Shown: in pieces, positions 50,023-60,105 of the stretch
Position numbering within the stretch: the stretch's first letter is position 1
How the letters are laid out: each line of letters opens with the position of its first letter
Source: Armatimonadota bacterium
Lineage (GTDB): Bacteria > Armatimonadota > HRBIN16
DNA length: 64,000 nucleotides
NCBI GenBank assembly: GCA_963677485.1
Contig: OY781964.1
Coordinates: 2,656,001 to 2,720,000, forward strand
Reading direction: 5' to 3'
Program-made: the position numbers and the translations under genes
Notes under the pieces: model-generated
Seen by the model: the letters and a program-made list of their open reading frames with translations, nothing else
Databases searched by the model: none
Told to the model about the DNA's origin: nothing

Positions 50023-51672
50023 CTACTTCTGCCCACCTGCCTGCGTAGAATCATAGGCCATGAACTCAGTGATCGAGGGGACGCCGCTTTCGGTGGAGTT
50101 GATGTAGAGGCGCACTTTAGAGGTAGTGATTCGCCATGTGGGCATGTAGCGCTTGCTTCCCATGGGGCTCCAACTGGTGAATATGTCCTTCCAGCTTGAG
50201 CCGGTCCAATACTGCAGAACGAAGTTATTGATGGATGAGCCGCTGACCTGTTCCACAACAAAGGTGTCCAGGCTGACGGGTTTGGCAAAACTCAGCTGCA
50301 CCCACTCCTTAGAGGTCGATGCACCGGACCAGGCTGTGGTCCCATCGCTGTCGTTCAGCTGCTTTGCGTCACCGCTTTTCGAAGAAGCTGAGGCTTTCGC
50401 CAGCAGAGCTTCGTTCTTGCCGAGTGGCTCGTTCTCTAAGATAGCTTCGACATTCCCGGTTCGAATCAAACCAGGGCTGCGGCTGCCGGCGATGGCTGGC
50501 AGGCCCGGGCGGTAGTAAATCCTGTTGTTCGCCAATGTTCCGGTGTGTTTGTCACCGCTCACCAGAAGGACCTGGTTGTAGTTGCCCATATCCGTTTGCA
50601 AAGCATTGTTGTAGAAGACATTATCGTGCATAGACAGGTTGGTGTTCGGTGCATTCCCGCCCGCACCGCTGTATATCATGGAAGCGGGTCCCGCAGTGTC
50701 GTGGAACAGATTGTAACGCATGGTCACGTTGTGACAGCCGGCCTCAAAGTCGAAATCTTCGCCATCTACCGTGTTGGGCTGGCGCTGGGTTTCCCCGAAC
50801 TCGTTGTATTCCACCACCCAGTCGCTGCCGCTCGATCCTATCGCGGAAACGCCACACCAGACGTGCTGGTCGCAGTTATGCATGAACTTGTTGCCGCGGA
50901 TCAAACCGCCGCCTGTGGCCACATACCACATTCCCGTCCATTCCATATGCATGAACATATTATCAGTGACATTACATGGGGTGCTGACGGTTGCCCCGAC
51001 GAAGTTGTCCTCGAATGTGCATTTGGTGATGGTCGCCATACCGGTAAGGGGACCCGTCAAAAGTACGCCTGCCTGCTGACTATTCTGATCGCCAGCGGTT
51101 CTAGGAAAGGGGCCACCATGCTTGCAGCCATGCATATACAGGTTTTCCAACCATAGGTAGGAGTGGCCAGGATCGGCAATACGGGCAAAAACCCCATACC
51201 GAGCATTGGTCAATTCCAGGTTCGTGATCTTCCAGCCATATGCATTGCCATCAAGGTTGACACAACGCCGGTCCGCTGAGAGTGTTGAATCCTGCCGGTC
51301 AATGATGGGACGAGCTCCGGTTCCATAGGAGCTGACCCGAGCTGGTGATTTTGCGCTCCCGTGACCTTTCAGATACAGACCATCATGCCAGATATCGCCG
51401 CACTTCAGCAGCAACTGGTCCCCGGCTTGGTATGTGAGCATCGAGGCCTTTGTCAGGCTCTTCCAGGGCCCATGTTTACCGTCCCACTTCGCGGCACGGC
51501 CGTCGTGGTTGTCGTTCCCTGAGGACTGACTGACATAGTAGATAGTTTTCGCGGCAGCGATCCGACCAGCCGGCTTCGGCGTGACCGCGGATTTAGTTTC
51601 ACCGGCCCGCAGGCACGATGATATCAGCACGCACATGGCCACGGCAAGCATCCTGAAGTAAATAGACTCCAT
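50023..51672 (-). CDS. Secreted right-handed beta-helix protein with a C-terminal F5/8-type C domain
   Basis: YYVS..GND, PWKSL, GD.LLLKCG, DG..FDFE, Asn ladders; C-terminal discoidin-like domain. Confidence 0.75.
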   Translation of the reverse strand: MESIYFRMLAVAMCVLISSCLRAGETKSAVTPKPAGRIAAAKTIYYVSQSSGNDNHDGRAAKWDGKHGPWKSLTKASMLTYQAGDQLLLKCGDIWHDGLYLKGHGSAKSPARVSSYGTGARPIIDRQDSTLSADRRCVNLDGNAYGWKITNLELTNARYGVFARIADPGHSYLWLENLYMHGCKHGGPFPRTAGDQNSQQAGVLLTGPLTGMATITKCTFEDNFVGATVSTPCNVTDNMFMHMEWTGMWYVATGGGLIRGNKFMHNCDQHVWCGVSAIGSSGSDWVVEYNEFGETQRQPNTVDGEDFDFEAGCHNVTMRYNLFHDTAGPASMIYSGAGGNAPNTNLSMHDNVFYNNALQTDMGNYNQVLLVSGDKHTGTLANNRIYYRPGLPAIAGSRSPGLIRTGNVEAILENEPLGKNEALLAKASASSKSGDAKQLNDSDGTTAWSGASTSKEWVQLSFAKPVSLDTFVVEQVSGSSINNFVLQYWTGSSWKDIFTSWSPMGSKRYMPTWRITTSKVRLYINSTESGVPSITEFMAYDSTQAGGQK

Positions 51673-52172
51673 TATCAATTCCGACCTTTCAGTTGGTTCC
51701 GTCTGGAAAGTGGTGTAACTGCCATCTTCCCTGGTATGGATGGTTGTTGGATTGTTGTTTAGCGAACATCACTGTTCCTGTTCTGCTATCAATTGTTTGT
51801 ACCATTTTATCCTCGGGTTGCGTGCTTTTGTGTGGAGTGAACCGCAACATGCCTATATCAACACGACTTCTACGATGGTACTCTGACATAATAGACGTAA
51901 AAATCGCATCGACCGATTACCAGCAACCGCAAAACACAAACTCCACCGTTCCTTCAGGCTCTCCGGCGATGATCTATTACGATGCTGCAGCACCGCTGCG
52001 TCGGTGAAAGTGCTATTCGCGTCTGGTGATATGGACGGCGTTGTGTGGAGTGGTGTTTCCGAAATAGTGATTTGGCTGATAACCTGACAACTGCGAGGGG
52101 GATGAAACTGGGGCACGGCCTCCGTGCCCCTCGCATCCGCTCCGGCTGGGAGGTGCCGGAGCGTGTCGGTCA

Positions 52173-54347
52173 TTAGTAACCCTTCAGCAGGGGCTTGATT
52201 TCGTCAGCGATCAACTGTTTGTAGTGCTGAGCCTCGTTCTGCTCGAACTGGCCCCCAAGCTTCTGAACACCATCGGCTGCCCCAAGATAACCCAGCCACA
52301 GCGTGTCACGCTGCAGCCATACGGCCTCGCGTGCCATCATAGTGGGCGTGACCAGCAGACTGAGTATCAGCACGCTGCCCGCCCATAGGCTGGCCAGCCG
52401 CCGGTTGAGGGCACCGAAATACCGGCTGTAAAGTGACATGGCGTACAGCCCAATGATCACGCTGCCTGCCAGCATCACCCATCCCGCGATGAACTGAGCC
52501 ATCGACACGATGTTTGCCATCATGTCGGTGTTTGGGTCATTCGAGAAGATGAGCCAGAAGCCAATCAACACGCAGCCATACCCGATGATTGCGTATTTCA
52601 GCTCAAGGCGTGCATCTGGCGTGCCGATGCCCAGATCCCGGCAGCGTTTGCGTGTTTGCTGCCACTCCAACACCATTGGGGTCAGCAACAGCAGGGCACC
52701 AGGTATGACCCACCAGAAGGAAGCAGACTTAAGCAGGCTGGTCTCTGTGAGCACCACAACAAGAAGGGCGGGAGCCAGCACGAAAGTGAGCAGCCGGATA
52801 CGCATCATCTTCCAGTCCGGCAGCAGGAATAACACCCGTTCACAACGGTAGGCCCCTACCACCATCCAGATGAAGGCCAGTATACTGCTCAAAATTAACA
52901 ACAAGGCGAAGACGGATGTCCACACCATCACGAGGGTTTCACCAGCCAGCTGGCTCTGTACCCGCTTGAGCGGGGTAAGCTGCGCGACACTGACTCCGGG
53001 GTAATATACATCGAGATCCTTGAACTCGAAGGGCAGAATGTCGATGCGCTTAGCATCTGCCTCGGCTTGTTTTTCTGTCGGCTCGAGTTTGACAGATAAC
53101 ACGGTGCGGCCATGCGCACTACTCGCTTGCTGCTTCGCCACTTGTTTTTGAAAGCGGCTGGGATACGCTGGCCTAATAAGCCGATCACTGTCGTTGAGAA
53201 AGCTGTTGCAGGCGTAGTATGATAACGTTTGTCTAGGTCTATAGTTGGAGTTCTCCGATTTCATTACATTTAGCTTCAAGGATTGTTGCACTACCCGCTC
53301 GGCAGTGGCATACTGGCCTTGTTCAGCCAGGTAGCGCACTAAGGTGCCGATGTTTTGATCGTTCATTGACCAAGAACTGTCAATCTGGCGAGCAAAAAAC
53401 CAGCGTGACAGATATTGCTCGTAGTAACGAGGTTGAGGCAGACGCTGCAGCATCCTTAGGTTAAACTCATCGGTGTAGTCGTCAAAGCGAGGCTTCTTTG
53501 AGGCTTCTTCCAGCAGTATCAAACAGCGTTCCAGTCCAGCCAGGCTGCTTATTTTGGTGCCAGGTTCAATTCGAGCAACCAAAGGTAGAAACGCCTTACT
53601 AAATTGCACCTTTAGCATGAGCATAGGGTAGAGTGCGTTGTCTGGGTCCTTCTGCATACCGATCGCAATGAATTTCAGGTAGTCTGCCGGGGTGATGGAG
53701 CCTTGTGCATAATAAGTCGAGTTGCCCCCTGGGGTGTTGGATATTATATTCCGTTTTGGGTTGAATACCACTTCGGAACCCACCAGGAAGTAAGCCAGCA
53801 TTTTGAGGGCTTCAGGCTCATGACTGTGCTTCTGCCAGTACTCTTTGAATCGCTCGGTGCGGAATGCATTCTTGTGGTTCTCTGGTATATCGATCTTACC
53901 GACGGCGTAGAAGTCGGCATGAGGAGGCGCAAACACCGAATAGGCAGGGAGGCGGAACTCGTCGGTCGTGACGGTCTGCGGATCGATCTGTACCTCGCGC
54001 TGGGCCTCTTGAATACCACCCAACCGCAGAAAACCTAAAGCCAGGCCTGCCAGCAGCATCACCGGCACCAGCACCCAACTGATCATGATGCGGGCCAGGC
54101 TGCGCAGAGTCATCCTGCGGCTGTTGGCGGTCAGTAGTTGGTCAGCCAGCTCTGCGGGTGGTCCAAACTGCGCCACGGTCTGCTCTTGGGCTTCCTCCGG
54201 GGACAGCTTCAGTTCAGAGCTTAGCTCCGCGGCACTCTCCTCCAGGTGGCTCATCAGCTCCTGACGCACATCCAAAAGCAGCTCATGGTCAGCTTTCAAG
54301 CCTTCGGTGGCTTGGTCAACCAGCTTCTGGAAGGGGCTTGTATCCAT
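52173..54347 (-). CDS. Membrane protein with N-terminal HAAS/permease-prefix helical domain (copy 1)
   Basis: RQELMSHLEE...FGPPAELA, TM, large loop, multi-TM C-terminus; coupled to padR. Confidence 0.75.
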   Translation of the reverse strand: MDTSPFQKLVDQATEGLKADHELLLDVRQELMSHLEESAAELSSELKLSPEEAQEQTVAQFGPPAELADQLLTANSRRMTLRSLARIMISWVLVPVMLLAGLALGFLRLGGIQEAQREVQIDPQTVTTDEFRLPAYSVFAPPHADFYAVGKIDIPENHKNAFRTERFKEYWQKHSHEPEALKMLAYFLVGSEVVFNPKRNIISNTPGGNSTYYAQGSITPADYLKFIAIGMQKDPDNALYPMLMLKVQFSKAFLPLVARIEPGTKISSLAGLERCLILLEEASKKPRFDDYTDEFNLRMLQRLPQPRYYEQYLSRWFFARQIDSSWSMNDQNIGTLVRYLAEQGQYATAERVVQQSLKLNVMKSENSNYRPRQTLSYYACNSFLNDSDRLIRPAYPSRFQKQVAKQQASSAHGRTVLSVKLEPTEKQAEADAKRIDILPFEFKDLDVYYPGVSVAQLTPLKRVQSQLAGETLVMVWTSVFALLLILSSILAFIWMVVGAYRCERVLFLLPDWKMMRIRLLTFVLAPALLVVVLTETSLLKSASFWWVIPGALLLLTPMVLEWQQTRKRCRDLGIGTPDARLELKYAIIGYGCVLIGFWLIFSNDPNTDMMANIVSMAQFIAGWVMLAGSVIIGLYAMSLYSRYFGALNRRLASLWAGSVLILSLLVTPTMMAREAVWLQRDTLWLGYLGAADGVQKLGGQFEQNEAQHYKQLIADEIKPLLKGY

Positions 54348-54348
54348 C

Positions 54349-54687
54349 TTAGGCCTCCTGCAGCAGTAACACTGAGTTCACGTTTGTGGTATAGTTCTTC
54401 CAATCCTTCAAGCGTGTCTGCAGGCTCTCCAGGCCCGCCGGCGTGATGCTGTAGTACCGACGCGGCCTGTTGTAACCGTGCACCTCCACCCATTCGCACT
54501 GCAGTTGCCCGCACGACGCCAGCTTGTGCAGCACAGGGTATAGACTCCCCTCCTTCCACTTAAACTCGCCTTCGGTGCGTTCATTCACGAGTTTGATGAT
54601 CTGGTAGCCGTACATCTTTTCTTCTGATAGCATCTTGAGCACCATCATCTCGATGGCACTCGCCAGATAGTCAGCATGGTTTGCCAT
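54349..54687 (-). CDS. PadR family regulator (copy 1)
   Basis: MYGYQI, EGSLYPVLHKL, RRYYSIT..G. Confidence 0.93.
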   Translation of the reverse strand: MANHADYLASAIEMMVLKMLSEEKMYGYQIIKLVNERTEGEFKWKEGSLYPVLHKLASCGQLQCEWVEVHGYNRPRRYYSITPAGLESLQTRLKDWKNYTTNVNSVLLLQEA

Positions 54688-54702
54688 TTGGTCGCCTCCG
54701 AA

Positions 54703-54721
54703 TACTTTGATGTTCTAAGTA
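54703..54721. promoter_or_regulatory. Putative PadR operator
   Basis: Imperfect palindrome tactttga-tgt-tctaagta just upstream of the RBS; conserved at 59714-59732. Confidence 0.55.
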
Positions 54722-54812
54722 TACTATGCATAGATATAGAAAGTATAGTGGCGAATGAAAATCTGGTATATTTGCTGGCTGGGTGGAGCGACATAGGGCG
54801 AACGGCGGTCAC

Positions 54813-55209
54813 CCTTCCCCTCACCATCCGCGTCATCCGTGGTTCAGACAAATAACCGCGGATGAACGCCGATGAACGCAGATGGGAACCGGAACTGCCT
54901 CACGCGAAGACGCGAAGGCGTGAAGTGAACACCGTTGCCTGAACGGCCCCTACCGGGGCGGAGATGGCCTGCACCATCGATCCGACGGATGGTCTGGCGT
55001 AGGGGCGGGGTCACCCCGCCCCAGGGTGCGGAAATCGTGCCCCTACACATCGTCCGGCGGTAGGGGAGAACGGCGTTTCCTTCCCCTCACCATCCGCGTC
55101 ATCCGTGGTTCAGACAAATAACCGCGGATGAACGCCGATGAACGCAGATGGGAACCGGAACTGCCTCACGCGAAGACGCGAAGGCGTGAAGTGAACACCG
55201 TTGCCTGAA
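54813..55209. repeat. 131-bp perfect direct repeat (54813-54943 and 55079-55209)
   Basis: ccttcccctcaccatccgcg...ccgttgcctgaa repeated at a 266-bp period, with imperfect continuation. Confidence 0.9.
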
Positions 55210-55557
55210 TGGCCATGACCGGATCGGTGATGGCCAGCACCATCGATCCGACGGATGGGACGAATCGGACAGATGGTCTGGCGTAGATACTGTGGCTTTT
55301 GTCAAGTCCCCAGGGGCAAATCTGGGGATTTGGACCTGAATATCAGACACTGGCTCTAGACCACGTAGAATAACGTTAATGTGATGTTTGTGGCATATAG
55401 ACCAAACCTGGATCCGCGACAGAAACAGGCTCAGATGGCATCAGTTGGTCCGTAGCACCTCACATGACGCTCGGAGTCGCGAACGGACGTGCGACATCTT
55501 CGTGGCTTCGAAAGATATCGTTATGCTTCGATGCGTGCTATCGGCAGACTGCCGCAG

Positions 55558-56850
55558 CTAGGATACTGGTGTCAGAACCCTCGGTTTGTTGCCCACCCGA
55601 CTGCGCGATGGCCGGTTTCGGGATGCGGGCCGACCACCGCCGGCAGGAGTGGGCTCATTGGTGGGATTTCCATCCACGCATCCCCGTCTTGGAACGCTCA
55701 CGTCCAGCCCAGGATCATTGCCTACACCGGCTATATCATGGGCCGCTCCGGCACGATCCTGGACATGTCCGTTCGCGTCGGTCAGCGGTTGCTGGTTGGC
55801 CGCATTTGAAGCTTGTTCGATGCCGAAGTTTGGATCATATGGCTGACGGCTGATTAATACCGACCACATGAGCACCAGCTGCTTGCGCATGATTGCGCAC
55901 CGGACAACTCGCTTGGACTTCGGTTTCTTATTGGGATTCTTTACCAAATTCGGATGCTGCAGTTCCTTCACGAAGTCGTGCATGCTCTGGCCAAGCTTTT
56001 TCGACTTACCGTTGACCATCTTCACCACAGTGCTCGATCCACAGTAGAGTAATGTCCGCATATATCGGTCACCCATCTTGGATATGGAGCCGTCGTATGT
56101 CTTGCAGCTTCCTGACCGTTGCGGGCAGGGGTTCATTCCGAAATAGCGCGCGACCGCTTTCGATGTTTCAAATCGTTTAGCATCACCGATTTTCGCAAGG
56201 AAATAGCTTGCTGTGACGTCGCCGATACCCGGAATGCTCTTCAGCAGAGCCATATCTTCGGTCATCTGCGGTGAACTCATCACAAGCTCTTTGATCTGAA
56301 CATCAAGCTTTTTGATGCCCATGTCATGAAAAGCGATCATCTCGTCCAGCACTGTGCTCCGCGTAAGCCGACAGCTTTGGCGCTGGGCGATCGCCTGTCT
56401 GTGTTGCACCAGCATACGGCGGTCATTGGTGTAACCAATAAGCGCATCATAGCATGCTAGACGAGGGACATAGAGTGAGACATTGTGACTTTTCACATAG
56501 TCAGCGATTAGCACGCTGTCAGAGCAGTCCGTCTTTTGTTCCCAGCCTTTGGCTTTGCGGTGATAGAGAACCCGTTTTGGCTCCAGTTGGACAGCATCGT
56601 GCTGGTGCTCGTAGAGGTAATCAAGCAGCGGTCGGCTGTAAGGCCCGGTGGCTTCAGCCGCATACAAGGCGGGAGTTCGGGTAAGCTTCTTCACCCATGA
56701 CAACAACTCCTTGTATCCGGCCTTGTTGTTCTTGAACTCCTTATGGTCTATCGGCTTGTGCGATGAACCTAATACAGACGCGTCAAACGTCAATTTCGAG
56801 ATGTCGATCCCGACATAATGGATGTAGATTTTGTCTTCAACTTCGTGCAT
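55558..56850 (-). CDS. IS110 DEDD bridge recombinase
   Basis: GIDISK, AEATG, KTDCSD, SIPGIG, PQRSGS (catalytic Ser); start MHEVED after RBS ggag. Confidence 0.93.
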   Translation of the reverse strand: MHEVEDKIYIHYVGIDISKLTFDASVLGSSHKPIDHKEFKNNKAGYKELLSWVKKLTRTPALYAAEATGPYSRPLLDYLYEHQHDAVQLEPKRVLYHRKAKGWEQKTDCSDSVLIADYVKSHNVSLYVPRLACYDALIGYTNDRRMLVQHRQAIAQRQSCRLTRSTVLDEMIAFHDMGIKKLDVQIKELVMSSPQMTEDMALLKSIPGIGDVTASYFLAKIGDAKRFETSKAVARYFGMNPCPQRSGSCKTYDGSISKMGDRYMRTLLYCGSSTVVKMVNGKSKKLGQSMHDFVKELQHPNLVKNPNKKPKSKRVVRCAIMRKQLVLMWSVLISRQPYDPNFGIEQASNAANQQPLTDANGHVQDRAGAAHDIAGVGNDPGLDVSVPRRGCVDGNPTNEPTPAGGGRPASRNRPSRSRVGNKPRVLTPVS

Positions 56851-56882
56851 GTGGTAATCTCCAGTTGGTAGTGATTGATGGT

Positions 56883-57082
56883 GCAATCAACCAAATCAGC
56901 CTAGCGAACACGGGGTTTTCTCCCAAGATACTGTTCGATATGGGTTGATTGGGAGAAGGATGCCTATCTACGTCACGGTGTTTTCCACCAGGGGCGGTTC
57001 CGGCATCCAATCCTTCTCCTTCACCCCCAGCTAAGGGGTGAGATTAGCTCCCCGACTGCTTTTGGTGTCCGGGGAGCTCACC
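56883..57082 (-). ncRNA. Predicted bridge RNA of IS110 element B (ends approximate)
   Basis: Target guides accgcccct (56998-90) and gacgtag (56974-68); donor guides acagtatct (56934-26) and cgctag (56906-01); same fold as the element A RNA. Confidence 0.87.
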
Positions 57083-57189
57083 ATATATAGCGTACTAGGG
57101 GCGGGGTCACCCCGAATCAGGGCGCGGAGACCGCGCCCCACACATCGTCCTGCGGGGCGCGGTCTCCGCGCCCTGGGTGATGAAGCCCT

Positions 57190-59358
57190 TTACGGGTTGA
57201 TGGAACCCGTCGCCGATGGGTCGCCTGTCAGCTTACCCATGCTGTCATGGATAAGTTGATTGGTGTGCTGGGTAAGGTTCTGCTGGAACCGCCCCTCCAA
57301 CTGTTTCACTCCACCCGGTGCGCCAAGATGCCCCAGCATGAGGGTGTCGCGTTGAAGCCATGTGGCCTCACGTGAAAGCATCCAGGGAGTAATCAGCAGG
57401 CTGAGTATCAACACACTGCCTGCCCATAGACTGGCCAGACGGCGGTTGAGCGCGCTGTAGTACCGGACGTAAAGCGACATGCCGTACAGCCCGCCCATCA
57501 CTCCGCCAATCATCAAACTCCATCCGATCACGAACCTCACCAGCGCCATGCTAGAACCGATGGCCTCATAATCCTGGTTGATGGAGCGGTACAGCACGTA
57601 GCCTATCACAATACTGCCAACACAGATGATCTTTGCGATCAGCTCACGAACGGCCTTTGGAGTCGCGATACCCAACTCATGGCACCGTCTGCGGGTTAGC
57701 GTCCACTCGTAAAGGGCGGGGATTCCGATCAGCAGCACGGCCGGGATGGCCCACATGACAGAGGCCTGTTTGATCCAGCCAAACTCCGCCATCACGGCGA
57801 CAAGGGCTCCCGGTATGAATACGCCGAATATCAGCGTGTTCCGAAGCCGGATCCAGTCTGGCAGCAGGATCAACACCCGTTGACCACGGAAGAGACCGAC
57901 GATGCTCCATATGATCGCCAGCAGTGTGCTCAGCACGAGCAGCAGCGCAAAGGCGGTCTGCCAGATCATGATCAGTGTCTCCGAAGCCAGCACACTCTGA
58001 AGCTTTTGCAGTGGTTTCAATTGGTCGAGGTTCAGTCCCCGGAAGTAGGCTGGATTGCGAATAATGGAAGCCGGAATGATATCCACTTTTTTGGCAGTTT
58101 CCTGCACAAGCCGTTCCGTTGGGTTCAACCCATCAGCGCGGTCGGTGGAGGCACCCGCTTTCGATTTCAAGATCTGGTCTATCTGCTGCGAGTAGCTGGT
58201 TGGTTTGATCTTGTTGACATAGTTGGTGTAGCCTTTCAGCAGTCCGATGCTGGTCGAATAGATCACGCTCTTGCGTTTTTCGATATTGGAACTGTCGGCC
58301 AGCAGCAGGTTGATTTTCATCGCTTGCTGAGTCAGCCGCTCGCAACCAGCCGCATCTCCTTTAGTTTGGAGATATTGCAGCACGCGCCAGGTGTAGCTGT
58401 CGAGACTTGATGCTGTCGTATTGATCTGGTCCACAACGGCCTCACGTGAGAGATACTGCTCGTAATATCTGGGTTTCGGCAGACGTTGGAGCATCTTGAT
58501 CCGAAATTCGTCGGTGTAGTCGCTGTAGCGAGGTTTGGACGCCGCAAGAGCCATCATTTTGAGGCCTGCATCCAGATCGGGCTGGCTGGAAAACTCGTAA
58601 CTTTGGATCAAACCAGCCTTTGGCTTAAACGCCTTCTGCAGGTAGACCTGCGCCATCAAGACTGGGTAGAGCGCGTTATCGGGATCTTTCTCCATGCCGA
58701 TGTTGACGAACTTGAGGTAGTCTGCCGGTGCGAGGCTCTCGTTGTCTTGAGGCGCCGCGGGGCCAGGTGTCGGCTCAAACGCCACGTGTGAGCCGACCAG
58801 GAAATAAGCCAGCATATGCAATGCGTCCGGATCATTCTGATGCTGCTGCCAGTATGTCTTGAACCGGTCTGTCTGATATCTAAATCGCTGGTTCTCCGGT
58901 GCGTCGATATTCAGCACCGTTTGCAAGTCTTTTGCTGGAGGAGCAAATACGGAGTAAGCAGGTAGAATCAAACCAGGTTCGATCGGCGCGGAGCGTATCT
59001 TGGCATCATTTTGCATCACGCGGATCGCGCCAAGCCGCGACACCCCCAAAGCCAGCCCAGCCAATAACATGACGGGTATCAGCAGCCAGCAGATCAGTAT
59101 TCGTGCGACGTGACGCCTGGACATCCGGTGCCTGTTGGCCTCAAATAACTGATCGGCCACCTCTACGGGTGAGCCGAAATGTGCTTCGGCCTGTGTCACG
59201 ACCTCGTCGGGAGTGACCGCCGGGTCAGCAGCCAACTCTCCAGCGCTCTCTTCGAGGTGACCGAGTAGCTCTTGCTGCACATCAAGCAGCAACTCATGGT
59301 CGCCTTTAAGTCCTTCAGTGGCCTGGTCCACCAGCTTCTGGAAGGGGTTGTTGCTCAT
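57190..59358 (-). CDS. Membrane protein with N-terminal HAAS/permease-prefix domain (copy 2)
   Basis: Homologous to 52173-54347 (PFQKLVDQATEGLK, KDPDNALYP, ALNRRLASLWAGS). Confidence 0.75.
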   Translation of the reverse strand: MSNNPFQKLVDQATEGLKGDHELLLDVQQELLGHLEESAGELAADPAVTPDEVVTQAEAHFGSPVEVADQLFEANRHRMSRRHVARILICWLLIPVMLLAGLALGVSRLGAIRVMQNDAKIRSAPIEPGLILPAYSVFAPPAKDLQTVLNIDAPENQRFRYQTDRFKTYWQQHQNDPDALHMLAYFLVGSHVAFEPTPGPAAPQDNESLAPADYLKFVNIGMEKDPDNALYPVLMAQVYLQKAFKPKAGLIQSYEFSSQPDLDAGLKMMALAASKPRYSDYTDEFRIKMLQRLPKPRYYEQYLSREAVVDQINTTASSLDSYTWRVLQYLQTKGDAAGCERLTQQAMKINLLLADSSNIEKRKSVIYSTSIGLLKGYTNYVNKIKPTSYSQQIDQILKSKAGASTDRADGLNPTERLVQETAKKVDIIPASIIRNPAYFRGLNLDQLKPLQKLQSVLASETLIMIWQTAFALLLVLSTLLAIIWSIVGLFRGQRVLILLPDWIRLRNTLIFGVFIPGALVAVMAEFGWIKQASVMWAIPAVLLIGIPALYEWTLTRRRCHELGIATPKAVRELIAKIICVGSIVIGYVLYRSINQDYEAIGSSMALVRFVIGWSLMIGGVMGGLYGMSLYVRYYSALNRRLASLWAGSVLILSLLITPWMLSREATWLQRDTLMLGHLGAPGGVKQLEGRFQQNLTQHTNQLIHDSMGKLTGDPSATGSINP

Positions 59359-59359
59359 T

Positions 59360-59698
59360 CTATGCCCCCTGTAACAGCATGACTGCATTCACGTTGGCGG
59401 AGTAGCTCTTCCAATCCTTCAGGCGGGTTTGAAGGCTCTCAAGTCCTGCTGTCGTGATACTGTAGTATCGTCGCGGTCTGTTATATCCGGGCACTTCCAC
59501 CCATTCACATTGGAGTTGACCGCAGGACGCCAGCTTGTGTAAAACCGGATAGAGGCTTCCCTCTTTCCACTTGAACTCACCATCGGTCCGTTCATTCACG
59601 AGCTTGATGATTTGATAGCCATACATCTTTTCTTCCGATAGCATCTTGAGCACCATCATCTCGATGGCACTCGCGAGATAGTCAGCATGGTTAGCCAT
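59360..59698 (-). CDS. PadR family regulator (copy 2)
   Basis: 103/112 residues identical to copy 1. Confidence 0.93.
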   Translation of the reverse strand: MANHADYLASAIEMMVLKMLSEEKMYGYQIIKLVNERTDGEFKWKEGSLYPVLHKLASCGQLQCEWVEVPGYNRPRRYYSITTAGLESLQTRLKDWKSYSANVNAVMLLQGA

Positions 59699-60105
59699 GG
59701 GGTCGCCTCCGCATACGTTGATGTTATAAGTATATTATGCCTAGATACATGAGCAGATAGGCACATTGAATCACCGACACTGCTCAGCCAGCGGTGACGG
59801 GTTCCATCAACCTGCTAAAGCAGGCCTCGTCACCCGTCGCTAGTCAGCTGGCTGTCCGCTGAAGCGGACGCATTCCGGACTCCTCTGCGTCCGCTTGCGG
59901 GCTGCGACCCATCAGACGCGCGGTAAGGGAACCCCGTTAAGGGACGCCAGTCCCTTGTGGTGACTAAACCCGCGTCAATGGTGACTAAGTAGTTACGAAT
60001 CATCTGGTATATTTACTGGCTTCTCCGGCGTTCATGTCAGATCGGCTTGAGCTTATGTAATATGTGGATAGACCAACACTATTCGTCACCCAACAGGAGG
60101 CCGTC

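Larger units (their letters stand above)
55285..57098 (-). mobile_element. IS110-family (IS621-like) element B, intact, inserted in a REP
   Basis: Minus-strand junctions cccgccc-CT-agtac (57098-97) and acagtat-CT-acgcc (55286-85); the empty site matches the intact copy ggtctggcgtaggggcggggtcacccc at ~54991. Confidence 0.92.

Noticed and set aside
51690-52170. Short overlapping ORFs or an RNA element in a 480-bp gap
   Set aside because: No RBS-supported ORF or recognisable conserved structure
54813-55260. CRISPR array
   Set aside because: Only two long units, no regular repeat-spacer pattern and no cas genes in the window
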